The notes beneath the pieces are model-generated. The model did not search any database. It was not told where the DNA came from and was given only the letters and a program-made list of their open reading frames with translations. This document shows, piece after piece, positions 12,846 to 24,109 of a stretch of 64,000 nt of DNA. The DNA is from Elsinoe ampelina (lineage: Eukaryota): the NCBI GenBank assembly GCA_010093995.1, contig ML992509.1:1325850-1389849 (forward strand), in the 5' to 3' direction. How positions within the stretch are numbered: position 1 is the stretch's first letter; the number at the start of each line of letters is the position of its first letter. A program made the position numbers and the translations under genes.

Positions 12846-13045
12846 ATTCGAGGTTGTTGATCGTGTCAAAGAGCGCAATGCGAAGGAGAGCCGTGGAGCC
12901 CCACCTTGAATATCAAACTGCGGGATCGAAGATATCGCCTACCGTAAAGATATCATGCTTTGAATTCTCAATGTGCAAACCGCCACGCTTGCACAGCACA
13001 ACACATACACCTCATGCCAACCTGGAATTACGGAAATGGAGCAGG

Positions 13046-16000
13046 ATGCAAAACCGACAGTCAGCCATCGCTGCGGCCACAGCGAGACGGCATCTCGCAG
13101 CGAGATCCTGGAGCGGCCCCCTCTCCATCTCCTACATGACTATGGGACAGCACATGCGCGTAGCTACTCGTAGCATATTGTCCGATCATAGCCGGCGTGT
13201 GAACTGCTATCAAGCCTCACCCTCCAATAGCAGATCTGTCAGCTTCCGGCCGAAGTCCAGATCTGCACATCAGGTTGGACGAGAAGAGGCGCTGCCTGCC
13301 AGGCCTTCGCCCGTGCTACCATCGAGCCTGCGACCGCTTCCAATCAGACCAGCAAGTGCTGCGCAGCCCCTGATCAGGAATCGAGCTGCGACTCCAGTCC
13401 GGACCGACTCCCTTCAGCGACCGACGAACGCTTTGCCCCAAGCAGCTGCGAAGACCAGTCCTCGATCCGGTGACCCTGAAGATAAATTATGGCGGATCAG
13501 AGCTATCACCAATGACCAGGATGATCCAGTGACTGCCGAAAAGTACAAAAGACGAATTGAAGAGCTGGAAAGGACAATAGACGAGAGCAAAAGTCGAGCC
13601 AAGGTTCTCGAGGCCGAGAGCCGTGACTTCGAGGAAGCAGTCCGGGACGCCGTCAATAAAGGACTTGCGCCGATACGAAGTCGAGCGGAGGTTCTCGAGG
13701 CCGAGAGCCGCGACTTTAAGGAATCGGTCCGGGAGGCCGTCGATAAAGGGCTTGCGCCGCTACGGCAGTTGCAGCATGACCTTGAGCAGAAAGAGAAGGA
13801 GGTGCTTCGTCTCACAAACCGGACGTCTCGACTGCAGAATGCCGTCTCAGATGCGGAGGCCAACTTGGTGACACTGAGGCAGGAATTTGAGAATGAGAAG
13901 ACCGACAGTTCAGAGCGGCTCCGCCAGATCACCATTGCAAAAAGGGATCTCGAGTCGACAAGGCAGAAGCTTCAAGAGAGTGAAACCAAACTTCAAGAGA
14001 GTGAAGCCAAACTCAAGGAGTTCTCGCCCATTGTGGCCAAAGAACGACAGCAGAGGGCACATGAAAAGCGCATGCGTGACGAGAAGCAGGAGCGAGTCAA
14101 GTCTAGAGGCACGTACGAAGATCTAAGAAAGATCTTCAACGCTGTCGTTGAAGCAGGATATGATGGTAAAGACAACATGACGAAGGCTATGGAGCAAATC
14201 AAACAGCAAGAGAGATATTTGCGACGTGCCGCAAACACGTTTGGCGACTTCGTCAAGAATCTCGAGGACACTGCGTCACATTCACATCTGCCCGACTCTC
14301 GGCAAGCACGATCGACCCAGCTGTCTAGCGTTCAGCCGCGTGCGAATGGCAGTCCTGGTGCGATATCTCTTGGCATCAAATACAAGGCGGTCACCTCAGC
14401 AATCGTCAGCAAAATCCGGGCCGCTCTCGGGGCCAAGGCACGACTATTGAACTCCTTGGGCGAGAGTGTCGAGGCCTGGAGTGCGAAATTGAGTAATTTT
14501 CAAGATGAGGCACACTTTACACGTAGGACGACGCGCTTACTGCGTTACCGTCAACGCTTTGAATCTACCGAGCCCCTGCACCAGATGGTGGCTACAAACA
14601 TGCAACGAGCTCTGGATGAAGATCTGAGCAGTATTCGGGAGTTTGCGAATGCCGGAAACGAAGCCATTGGCTCTGATGAGGGTGACTACGAAGCGGTTGC
14701 AAAGTTGATGCATAATGCCTTGGGACTGGACATCACTCGGATAAAAGGAGCTCTCAGGCTCCGCACCCGTCTCGCCCTCCTCGCATGGTTACAGCTGGCT
14801 CCTTCGGCGGAGCAGATTTCCTTCCATCATAGCAACTCGGCTGCCCGTGACCTCCGGTACCTGATGGGCACGTTCCGGCAAGACAATGAACGACTCAAGC
14901 TGCGAGCCAAATCACTGCTGGACAAATTTAGGCTCAAGTATGGGCCAACTAATGTGAACGGCATTTTCAACAGGATTCCCTCAGCTTTGACTGAGTATCA
15001 GAGTATCGTCTGGTTGAGGAGATATGTGCAGGAGAGGGATGGTAAAGCAGCATCGGACGAGCTTGAACTAGCCCTGGAAGCAATCACTGAGCTGAAGATG
15101 ACTGTTGGGGATGAAATCCGTAGCTTGAATGAAAAGGTCCCGGAGGCGACGGAAACCGAGACCTTGCGCTCGAAAGCAGAATCACGTCCTGACGCAGCGA
15201 CGGTAATTCCCACCAAAGCAAAATCTATCTCGGCGACATCAAGTGCGTCCGCGCGTGGTGCACAGCATTCCAAGATCGAAAAGACGAAGAAGAATCGGCA
15301 TCTATATCAAACAAGACTTGCAATCGTCCGCAGCGCAATCGATCAAGGCAAAGGCCGACAGCAAAAGCTTCAAAACATCCTGGCCAAGCCTGATCTGAGC
15401 GAGCAGATCCGGGAACATACGACGAAAGATTTGGACCGCCTTCGACAATCGCAAGCAAGAAGACAGTCCAAGCTGCGTGTATTGGAGGAGCTCGTGTTAC
15501 GGTCTTCCAAAGATCCCGGCGCGGAGGAGGATGCCGGTCCTCGTGAGCCTGCAACTACAGCTCACTCTGATCTAGCCGCGATTCTTGAAGCGCCAGGCAC
15601 TACCGAAGCCGTGCAAGGGCAGGACAAGTCTGGAGTGGTTGAAAGTCAATCTGTTCGTTCCCCTGAAGAATCGACAGGTGCACCTGATGGCATTTCTGGT
15701 GGCGACCGTGGTCAAGTAGAATCCACGAAGAACTCTCAAGCATTGCAAAAAAGCTCGGAAGCCCCCATGGGAGAGATCCCGGAGTCGGTAGTCGCGGAGT
15801 CTCAGCAGGAAACCATATCATCAGTCAAGCAAGGTGAGATACAGGCGACAGCACACTCAGAAATATCGATCTCTGTTCAGAAGGATTACCATGCCGGAAA
15901 GGTCACCGCAGACAGACCTACTAGCAGCCCAAGCTTTCGAATCCGGAAGCACAGTGCCGATCACACGTCACCTGAAGCGGTAGCAAGGGACCATCTTGCA

Positions 16001-17785
16001 GAGAAAGCTAGATCCGCGGGGCCAATGCAACCCCGGTATACCTTCATCCGCGATACTAGCAGCCCGAAAAAGCCCCATTCCAGCGATGCCACCTCCGCAG
16101 CGGAGCTCAAACCGCATACAGCAAAGTCTTCCGACACGCACGACGTGGAACCAGACAGCGAAAAATCCGACCTTGCCGCTTCGAACCTGCTCGGTCATGC
16201 TAGGGACGCCATCAAAAAGCTAACTCAGACTCCCGTCGGAGCTGAAAGCCCGTTTCATGCGGCCGGGCGAGCTGAAGGATATGAATCCGATACAAAAGAC
16301 TCCTCGAGCACTGTCGACGGGTCTGTTCATCAACGACGACAACAGAGGGCTGCTCGTATAGCGAGAAGTGCAGAGACGTCCGAGGATTCCGAGGACGGAC
16401 ATGTCGATGCACCGTCTTCCACGACCGGCGCGATGTTTAAGCCTACCGAGTCGCGGCAAATGCATAATTCTGCAGGATCGATGGTAGCAGATCAATTGAC
16501 GGCGCAGTCATTGAGTCCAGCGCTTGATTACCATCTGTCCGAGGAAGCGCTGAATAATGCAGAAGCCGAGCTTCGTGGCTCGGATTTGATTCACTGGAGT
16601 CATCACCTGTACCTTTCGTCCCAGGGTCAGCCCATCGAAGTCCTCTACTGCCGCAACAGAGATTGGGCACAGACTGTAGCTTCGAGCTTCGCACGAGAGA
16701 TGGTACTGGGCATGGACATCGAATGGGAATATGGGCCAAAAACATTCTTAGGGGATATCAGAGATGTCAAGAATCATGTCTCTCTGATCCAAATCGCTTC
16801 AGAGTCCAAAATAGCGCTCTTTCATGTTGCTCTTTTTCAGGGGAACACCCCTGACGAGCTCATGCCAGCGGCATTAAAAGACATTCTCACGTCTGAGACT
16901 GTCATGAAAGCCGGTGTCAATATTGGCGGAGACGCAACGCGAATCAGTGGCGCCTTCGGATTCGACTGCAAAGGATTAGTGGAGCTCAGCCACACATACA
17001 GACTAGTCACGTACTCGAATGACAGGCCAGAACTTGTCAACCGCAAGCTGGTTAGTCTGAGCACACAAGTCGAGGATGTCCTCGGATATCCGCTCCGCAA
17101 AGACGACGTTCGAATGAGTTCCTGGTCGAAGCATCTCAACAAAGAGCAGCAGCACTACGCGGCCGCCGACGCTTACGCAGGCTTCAGGCTGTACCATGCA
17201 CTAGAAGATGCCAGATTAAGCATGAGCCCAGTGCCGCCTCGGCCTGCTTTCTACGAGAAGGGTGAGACCGTCCTACTTGCCAATGGGCAGGTCCCGCCGA
17301 AGAATAGGAGAACGGCTTCCGTACCGGCTGATGTGACTGACACCGCGCAAAATCCGAAAATGGCGAGCGAGCCGTCGTGTGATGCAGAATCGAACGATCC
17401 CGACAGTTCAAGAATGGATGCCGGAGAGCTCGCCGACGGTATCAGTGAACTGGCAAGTGGCGACCCTAGGATCGTGGCAGTCGACGAGTGGGTGTCCGAA
17501 TACAGGGCCGAAAGGGTCAAGCGAAACGTCATCACCGCCAAGAGGGCAAGCTTAAGAGTCTATGGGTTGTGGCACCAGCACGGTCTGAGTCCTGCGGAAC
17601 TGGCCGTTCTGCTTCGTGATCCTCCTCTGAAGCAGTCCACCATCAACAGCTACATTATAGAAGCGGTCGCATACGACAAAGATCTACCACGGGATCCCGC
17701 TCGGTTGAGGACAATAAAGAATAGTGTACCCGACTATGTCTTGAAACGGTACAAAGGTCTTGCGACCTGGTGGAGTACGATATGA
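13046..17785 (+). CDS. Large protein with C-terminal WRN/EXD-type DEDDy 3'-5' exonuclease and HTH; N-terminal coiled coil. Start uncertain (in-frame ATGs at 12971 and 13046).
   Basis: Uninterrupted ORF with ExoI VLGMDIEW, VSLIQIAS, ExoII KAGVNIGGD and ExoIII YAAADAY; C-terminal LRDPPLKQSTINSYIIEAV HTH-like segment. Confidence 0.85.
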   Translation: MQNRQSAIAAATARRHLAARSWSGPLSISYMTMGQHMRVATRSILSDHSRRVNCYQASPSNSRSVSFRPKSRSAHQVGREEALPARPSPVLPSSLRPLPIRPASAAQPLIRNRAATPVRTDSLQRPTNALPQAAAKTSPRSGDPEDKLWRIRAITNDQDDPVTAEKYKRRIEELERTIDESKSRAKVLEAESRDFEEAVRDAVNKGLAPIRSRAEVLEAESRDFKESVREAVDKGLAPLRQLQHDLEQKEKEVLRLTNRTSRLQNAVSDAEANLVTLRQEFENEKTDSSERLRQITIAKRDLESTRQKLQESETKLQESEAKLKEFSPIVAKERQQRAHEKRMRDEKQERVKSRGTYEDLRKIFNAVVEAGYDGKDNMTKAMEQIKQQERYLRRAANTFGDFVKNLEDTASHSHLPDSRQARSTQLSSVQPRANGSPGAISLGIKYKAVTSAIVSKIRAALGAKARLLNSLGESVEAWSAKLSNFQDEAHFTRRTTRLLRYRQRFESTEPLHQMVATNMQRALDEDLSSIREFANAGNEAIGSDEGDYEAVAKLMHNALGLDITRIKGALRLRTRLALLAWLQLAPSAEQISFHHSNSAARDLRYLMGTFRQDNERLKLRAKSLLDKFRLKYGPTNVNGIFNRIPSALTEYQSIVWLRRYVQERDGKAASDELELALEAITELKMTVGDEIRSLNEKVPEATETETLRSKAESRPDAATVIPTKAKSISATSSASARGAQHSKIEKTKKNRHLYQTRLAIVRSAIDQGKGRQQKLQNILAKPDLSEQIREHTTKDLDRLRQSQARRQSKLRVLEELVLRSSKDPGAEEDAGPREPATTAHSDLAAILEAPGTTEAVQGQDKSGVVESQSVRSPEESTGAPDGISGGDRGQVESTKNSQALQKSSEAPMGEIPESVVAESQQETISSVKQGEIQATAHSEISISVQKDYHAGKVTADRPTSSPSFRIRKHSADHTSPEAVARDHLAEKARSAGPMQPRYTFIRDTSSPKKPHSSDATSAAELKPHTAKSSDTHDVEPDSEKSDLAASNLLGHARDAIKKLTQTPVGAESPFHAAGRAEGYESDTKDSSSTVDGSVHQRRQQRAARIARSAETSEDSEDGHVDAPSSTTGAMFKPTESRQMHNSAGSMVADQLTAQSLSPALDYHLSEEALNNAEAELRGSDLIHWSHHLYLSSQGQPIEVLYCRNRDWAQTVASSFAREMVLGMDIEWEYGPKTFLGDIRDVKNHVSLIQIASESKIALFHVALFQGNTPDELMPAALKDILTSETVMKAGVNIGGDATRISGAFGFDCKGLVELSHTYRLVTYSNDRPELVNRKLVSLSTQVEDVLGYPLRKDDVRMSSWSKHLNKEQQHYAAADAYAGFRLYHALEDARLSMSPVPPRPAFYEKGETVLLANGQVPPKNRRTASVPADVTDTAQNPKMASEPSCDAESNDPDSSRMDAGELADGISELASGDPRIVAVDEWVSEYRAERVKRNVITAKRASLRVYGLWHQHGLSPAELAVLLRDPPLKQSTINSYIIEAVAYDKDLPRDPARLRTIKNSVPDYVLKRYKGLATWWSTI
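13591..13765 (+). repeat. Two-copy 87-bp in-frame tandem duplication (29 aa)
   Basis: SRAKVLEAESRDFEEAVRDAVNKGLAPIR / SRAEVLEAESRDFKESVREAVDKGLAPLR. Confidence 0.9.
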
Positions 17786-18111
17786 GACGTACGAAGGGAT
17801 TGATCCAGCCTTTTCGATAGGTTTTGTATTTGATGCATAGCGTAGCGTAGGTACCACTCTTGTACATGTATGTCAACGATTCCCATTTGCCCCTGGTTGT
17901 GAAAGTGATGTGATTTGAGCTCCGACGCGGTCCGTGCGCGCGTCGTCAAGCTGCAGCTGCCTTCGCGGAGCTTCATCTCCAAGAACATCATCAACATCTC
18001 TCAAATACCCCCCAGCATCGGCGATTCCCCATCAGCACACTCGCGCAGCTCTTGGAACATCCTCCACCGAATTCACACACACTCGCGCATCACCTCACCT
18101 GATCACCAGAG

Positions 18112-19097
18112 ATGAACCACTTCCCTCAGTCATGGGGTAGAGTACGTTTCACTTGACCTACTATGCCTTTGACAGCTTCATGCTAATCTATCCAACAGCC
18201 CCGTGATGATGTCTATGGCGGCTACGATCACTCACATTTCGGCCATGGCCAACCGGTATCGCATACGCAGTCCCCGATCGTGACCGGAACGTCAGTCCTA
18301 GGCATCAAGTACAAAGATGGTGTGGTCCTGGCGGCAGATAACTTGGGTAGGAGAATCACGCATGGCAAGAGCATCAAGAGGAGACTCTGACAATAACTCC
18401 AGCATCATACGGCTCTCTAGCGCGCTTTACCGACGTCAAGCGTCTCCGCAAATTCAACGCGAATGCTGTCCTCGGCTTCGGCGGCGACGTCTCAGACATG
18501 CAATACCTCGACCGCCTCCTCCAATCCCTGCGCATAGATCAAGAATACCAACAACCCTCATCCACCATCAGCCTCCCACCCACCACCACCTCCGACACCA
18601 CCTCCACCTCATCTCCCTCGGCAGCCGAGCTCTCGGCCAAAACCCAGCTCTCAGCCAAGAACCTCCACACCTACCTCAGCAAAGTCATGTACAAGCGCCG
18701 CACCGACTTCAACCCGCTCTGGAACGCCATCCTCGTCGGCGGCCTCGACGACAACGGCGACCCATTCCTCGCCTCCGCAGACCTGCTGGGCACGACGTTC
18801 AGCGCACCCACACTCGCGACAGGCTTCGGTGCACATCTGGCCCAGCCGATCATGAGGAGGCACGTCCCGGACGAGAAGTCGGCGAAGGAGTTGACGAGGG
18901 ACAAGGCGGTGGAGATTATCAAGGAGTGCATGAAGGTGTTATTCTACAGGGACGCGAGGAGTTTGGATAATTACAGCATCGCGGTTGTGGGCAAGAGTGA
19001 GAAGGACGGCGTCACGTTGTTGGAGAATGAAAAGCTGGAGGGGCAGAGTTGGGCTTTCGCGGAGAGAGTGAGGGGGTATGGGACGCAGGTTGTGTAG
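18112..19097 (+). CDS. PRE4: 20S proteasome subunit beta-7; introns ~18142-18198 and ~18347-18402
   Basis: [83 protein letters not shown]. Confidence 0.96.
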
Positions 19098-19421
19098 GTC
19101 CTTGTGCAAGAACACGGCGAGGTGGTGCTGGATGGGAGCATCATGTAGATCAGGTAGAAATGAAGAGCTTGATCATGACATCGTGAGCTCCCCACAAGAC
19201 AACACAAACACAGCGTGTGCGAGTCGAGTGTCAGTGCAATTCATGGCAAACCAGACTATGCTACTAAGCTATCCTACGTGTTATAGAGAGGTGTCCACCC
19301 TGCATGCGCACCCGAAGAGATAGATCCTATGCTTTTCGAATATCGTACAGCGTACCCTACCACCACCTGATCATTGAGATATACCTCAAACCATGGAACT
19401 CAACCAGACCGGCTCAAGCCA

Positions 19422-22400
19422 TCACTCATTCCTACCAGGACTGCTGTTCCCCGGCGTCCGATCCTGTTCATCAACAAGAAAATCATCCCATGAGAAAGAA
19501 GAATCCCACTCTCCCGTGTCCATGGTGGAAATACCAAGATCCAGAGATGGTGCGGCATCCACACTGGCGGTGCTAGCATTGTGGAACGGATCGGCGGGGC
19601 TATGGTTCTGTGTGGACGCGAAGCCGGGGGAGAGGTTCGGGGTTGCTGAGAGATCAGCTGAGATCGAGGGGACGGTCGAGAGGGTATAGTGCGTGGTGGA
19701 ACGGGACTGCGAGGAAGGTGAACTGCGGGCTGACACGATTGCGTTGAGGCGACGGGTGATGGTTGCCGCATCCAGGCCTTGAGCTTGCAGCATACCCAGC
19801 GTGTGCTCCAGCGCGGCGTCGATGGCTTGGCTGTCATGAGGCGAAATGATCGAAGGGCCAAAGGTTTGGTCCTGCGCTGATGGCATCTGATCCGGCGGGC
19901 GGTAGAAATTCGACCTAGTTTGGGCGCCATATTGCTGAGCTGTGTTCCTCATCATGCCGCCATTGAAATGTCTCAGTGCCATTGCAGGTGGTACTGCAGA
20001 TGAATCGGATGAGGTCGAACTGTACGTATCGAACAGAGTGGCCGCCTCTCGTCGTGGTGGGTACAGCGACGGCAGCCATGTACCCGCTTCGAGAAACTCC
20101 CTGTCGATGGCGTTGGCAGGCGAGCGCTGGAATGGCACTCGATCCACCGGGAATTCAGCCATTTCGGGAGTACGTTGGAGCAGCTCAGCAAGGCGCGTCG
20201 CCATTGGCCCCTGCCTTGGTAGGACCTCGGGGGGAAGCTCGGAGCTGAGGACGATGGGATCACCGGTCATAGCTGGCGATTCTGCGCGCGGGGCTTCCCT
20301 GTTCGCAGCCCGTCCTTCACGTATCACTGACGTGTACCTGAGATGGAACGGTCCTGCTCGGGTGCGGCGAGGTTGTGATTGCACTTGATCTGGGTCGAAA
20401 ACCTCAGCAGATGGTACAGGTACGTCTTGTGTGCCGTCAAATCCCAGATTTGCACCATGTAGTGGTCCAACATTCCCACGTACGTGCCTGTGGAACATCG
20501 TCGGCGCACTCGGATCCCCGAAATCACCACCAGTCATATGATCATGAGCATCGAAGTCTCCATCAAGGCGCATGAGAAATGAATCTTCTGGTAGGATAAA
20601 ATCACCAAGAGTGATGTCGGGATTGCTCGTCAGATCGAAAGGGTCATGTGCAACAAGCGCCGGCGGTTCATTCACGCTTGTAAAAGAGTCCTCGGGAGTA
20701 GCAGTGCCTACCAGCACCGGTACCTGGGTGGTATCGGGATCTTGGGTGAGCTGAATGTCAGCGACATCAGCGCGACTTGCTCTAGCGGATCTGTCTTCTG
20801 GTAGTAATTGGTTGTCGAGCTCCTCGAGGGTTACCTCGTCATCTGAGATCCCTCGATCGCTCTCTGGTAATAATGGGGTGTCGGGCTCCTCGAGCTTCAT
20901 CTCGTCATCGATCACAGGGGAACCTCCTGAACTGCTCTCTGGTAGTCTTTGGTTGTCGGGCTCCTCGGGATCGCCATCTGATAGTACCTGACTATCGAGC
21001 TCCTCCAGATCCGACCCCCCTGTACGCCCTTCGGAGGCGGCAGTGGCTTCGCGAATGGTCCACTCAGTTTGCCCAAGGCGGGCCTTTTCCAGAAGGTCTG
21101 GGCCAGCAGCGTGCTTCTCCCCAGTCATCTCATCCCACACGAAGCCCTCCTTGAGCCACATCCATCGCAGGAAGGCCCTCAGCTCTTTATCCTCAGGTAG
21201 CACCCGCTTCCACTCAGGCTCGAAACCTTCTACAGCATCCTTGCCATTGTAGTCAGAAGCTACACCACGGAGGACGTCCCGGCAGAATATGCGCCACGAA
21301 TCTCTAGCATATCTACCACAGCCAGGCAGTTTACCAATCTCGAGAGCGCCGGCACAGTCTTCAGCGTCACCCTCGACATGACTCGGCTTCCACTGCTTAC
21401 CATCACCTTGGGCAGGGTAGTGCAGTGTTCTGTATCGAACGCCGACTTCCGGAGGCTTGTCGACCCAGTGATTGGCTAGCTTTATGAGCTTATTCGTACG
21501 CTGGGTTTGCAGCCCCAGGCGCTTGACCATTCCGAAGAGCTCATCCCAGTTGGCCTTGGATAGAGCCTCAGGCGTCGGATACTTCTTGATCACCTCTCGA
21601 TACACAGGCATGGACGACTTGCCAGCAGTCTTGTTGAGAAAGAGCACAGCAATGAGCAAGCTGAAAGGATCCTGCCACAAGCGCTCCTGCACAATTCCAA
21701 AGCTATCCGCAGTCGTGGGAGGGAAGATAACGGCAGATTGCCCGGCGGGAACTCGTCCGGTAGTTCCCGTCTTCTGCTTCTTCCTCTTGGTAGACGTCGG
21801 GGACTTAAAGTGATCGGATGTCGTGCTCGTCCTCTTCCGCTTCTTGGGTGACTTTTTTGGGGTGCGATTCGCTTGACTACCTTCCATCTCATCCTCACTT
21901 GGATTCGTCCGCCACTCGAATGGCGTTGGGGAACGAGATAGCTCATCTAGCGAGCTACTGCTGGCCGCCTTGCTCGAATGTCCCCCTTCTCGTGCGTTGT
22001 CATACTTCTCGTCCTCATCTTCGCTGTCGTCGCTGCTGCTTTCTTCCTCTGCAGAGCTGCCATCGATTGGCTCTTCGGCATAGTTGGCTCGTTTCGAGCC
22101 TCGAGGACTCTGACGAGTTGGCATTGCCATTGAGTGGAATTGGGAAAGCACTTCGGGTGGTGGGACATCTATGATGACTCGTGGTGAGGCTGCACGTCGC
22201 GAAGAAGTCACACTGATAGCGTTCGCAGCTTGAGGGGTATCAGGTCGGTGTACTTTGGCCCTCGGTGACACGCTCCTACCACACTCAGTAGACTGCGCAG
22301 ATGGTGAAGTTGTGGAGGCTCTGAAAATAGCTTCTTCACGGGCCGAGTGGAAAGTCTGCACCGTGGACGGCGAGTTCATATCTAGCAAGCCATCCCCAAT

Positions 22401-23204
22401 GGACTGCCTTCCCAGGTCCCCGTTCTCACGAGCATGGTTGGCGATGACGTCGACTTCGACAGGCGTATCTGCATTCTCCATCTTCATGTCCACGTCCGAG
22501 TCATCCGAAGATATGCCGGGTTCAACAGAACTCTCTGACATAGTCGACGGTGCCGCGAGATCTTGTGCCGGATCGACCGGTTTCGAGGACGAGATGGCGG
22601 CATTGATTGCTTCGTCCTCCGCTGGCGAAGATGACATTTCGGAGTCTTGTGAGAAGTATGTACTATCCAAACGGTCGTTGATTTGTGTTCCAGCGTTCGT
22701 AATTACCACAGAACTGCCCGAAGCTTCTCTGGGTTCAGGGGAACCATTCGGTGTGAGTAGCTGTTGTACAGATCGGGACGAAGGTGGTGGCCGAGGCCCC
22801 TGCTGACCAGGAGGTGGTATCACTGTCGGCAGTATGATCGACTTGATCAAGTTCTTGGATATGCCGTAATTACCGAGACCCATGATGTTGCTGAGTCTGG
22901 AGCAGTCTCGTGGCATTACTTGTCTCGTGAGGAACTCTTGCCATCGTGGAATTGGCAGATTCGTCGAGATATCGTGCTTCAGTATTGTCAAGAGCTCGAT
23001 TTTTTCGTCTTCCTCTAGTCCTTGCAGAGCGTCCAGATAATCTTCAAAAGCTAGAGCATAAATCAAGTCCTCGGCGAAGGTGTGGCGAGCCTCTTCGATA
23101 CGATGTGCCCATGAGTCTGAAATGTACTCTGCGGTTGTGGAAGGGTTGAAGAGCTTGCGAATGACGTTCTCTTTGTCATTCTTGGACAGCGTGAGGATCG
23201 CCAT
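19422..23204 (-). CDS. MBD4-like HhH-GPD DNA glycosylase domain (~21150-21710) within a long low-complexity protein
   Basis: FGIVQERLWQDPFSLLIAVLFLNKT, YPTPEAL, LGLQ..R, and HhH motif GKLPGCGRYARDSWRIFC resembling MBD4 GIGKYGNDSYRIFC; basic NLS-like KKRKR. Confidence 0.85.
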   Translation of the reverse strand: MAILTLSKNDKENVIRKLFNPSTTAEYISDSWAHRIEEARHTFAEDLIYALAFEDYLDALQGLEEDEKIELLTILKHDISTNLPIPRWQEFLTRQVMPRDCSRLSNIMGLGNYGISKNLIKSIILPTVIPPPGQQGPRPPPSSRSVQQLLTPNGSPEPREASGSSVVITNAGTQINDRLDSTYFSQDSEMSSSPAEDEAINAAISSSKPVDPAQDLAAPSTMSESSVEPGISSDDSDVDMKMENADTPVEVDVIANHARENGDLGRQSIGDGLLDMNSPSTVQTFHSAREEAIFRASTTSPSAQSTECGRSVSPRAKVHRPDTPQAANAISVTSSRRAASPRVIIDVPPPEVLSQFHSMAMPTRQSPRGSKRANYAEEPIDGSSAEEESSSDDSEDEDEKYDNAREGGHSSKAASSSSLDELSRSPTPFEWRTNPSEDEMEGSQANRTPKKSPKKRKRTSTTSDHFKSPTSTKRKKQKTGTTGRVPAGQSAVIFPPTTADSFGIVQERLWQDPFSLLIAVLFLNKTAGKSSMPVYREVIKKYPTPEALSKANWDELFGMVKRLGLQTQRTNKLIKLANHWVDKPPEVGVRYRTLHYPAQGDGKQWKPSHVEGDAEDCAGALEIGKLPGCGRYARDSWRIFCRDVLRGVASDYNGKDAVEGFEPEWKRVLPEDKELRAFLRWMWLKEGFVWDEMTGEKHAAGPDLLEKARLGQTEWTIREATAASEGRTGGSDLEELDSQVLSDGDPEEPDNQRLPESSSGGSPVIDDEMKLEEPDTPLLPESDRGISDDEVTLEELDNQLLPEDRSARASRADVADIQLTQDPDTTQVPVLVGTATPEDSFTSVNEPPALVAHDPFDLTSNPDITLGDFILPEDSFLMRLDGDFDAHDHMTGGDFGDPSAPTMFHRHVRGNVGPLHGANLGFDGTQDVPVPSAEVFDPDQVQSQPRRTRAGPFHLRYTSVIREGRAANREAPRAESPAMTGDPIVLSSELPPEVLPRQGPMATRLAELLQRTPEMAEFPVDRVPFQRSPANAIDREFLEAGTWLPSLYPPRREAATLFDTYSSTSSDSSAVPPAMALRHFNGGMMRNTAQQYGAQTRSNFYRPPDQMPSAQDQTFGPSIISPHDSQAIDAALEHTLGMLQAQGLDAATITRRLNAIVSARSSPSSQSRSTTHYTLSTVPSISADLSATPNLSPGFASTQNHSPADPFHNASTASVDAAPSLDLGISTMDTGEWDSSFSWDDFLVDEQDRTPGNSSPGRNE

Positions 23205-24109
23205 GAGTGAGGTTTTTACTACCACTCAAAGAGTACTTTCGGGTATCAAGCGACAAGGTGAGCCTGGGTTTGTGAATTGCAGACCGCTCGCTCATATGCA
23301 GGCCAGACCCAAGGCTGTCGGAGCCGAGGGGCTGCCACGACTCAAGCATGCAAATTATTATTGATGAGAAGCGACCAGGTTATGCTTGCTGTGAGTGGTG
23401 ACATGGAGAAAGAAGCAAAGAGTAGACTTCATGTGTGGAGCCCGGGAGCTTCACGGAAGGCCTGTGCTGCAGCAACTTCAATGAATATCACGCACCGATC
23501 TGTCTTGACCCCAGCCATTCGGTGATTACGAGTCGACAGGATCCTGCACACCGCGGGGTGCAATTGACAACGAGATGCCCCCCCAGGCACAAATATATCA
23601 ATTCCTGAGGAAGAAAAGGGACACTGAACATCACGTCACCGAGCCAACATATAATTTTCAAACCTCGGAAAGACTGGACGACAAGATGACGAGGTGGGCA
23701 ATCGCCGCGACTCATGGACACACGCGTAGCGCGACCGACATTAATTGATTGCATGAACTGCCACCGAGATCTGCAGTCACATCCCCCTTTATCCCACATA
23801 CCCCTTCCGATATCTCTGCCCCGGTCCAATCGCTGGAAAGTAGCTTTTGCTTGCTCTTTACTGGCTTGGCCACGGCTGAAGGAACGAGGCATGGCGGGGC
23901 AGGGTTCAAACAATTTATCCCATGAGATGTAATCTACGCTGTATCGCGGATGAAAGGTTGATGTAGATTAAGACAGGTACTTCAAAGCGATGCATTTCTG
24001 CGAAGCGGAGCCGAAGCGGAGACACTCCACGAGCTTGCCAGTCGTCTTTGTTATGCAGGGGGCTGAACGCTGAGGGAATATGAGTGGTGGCAGGCATTGG
24101 AGCCACTGC

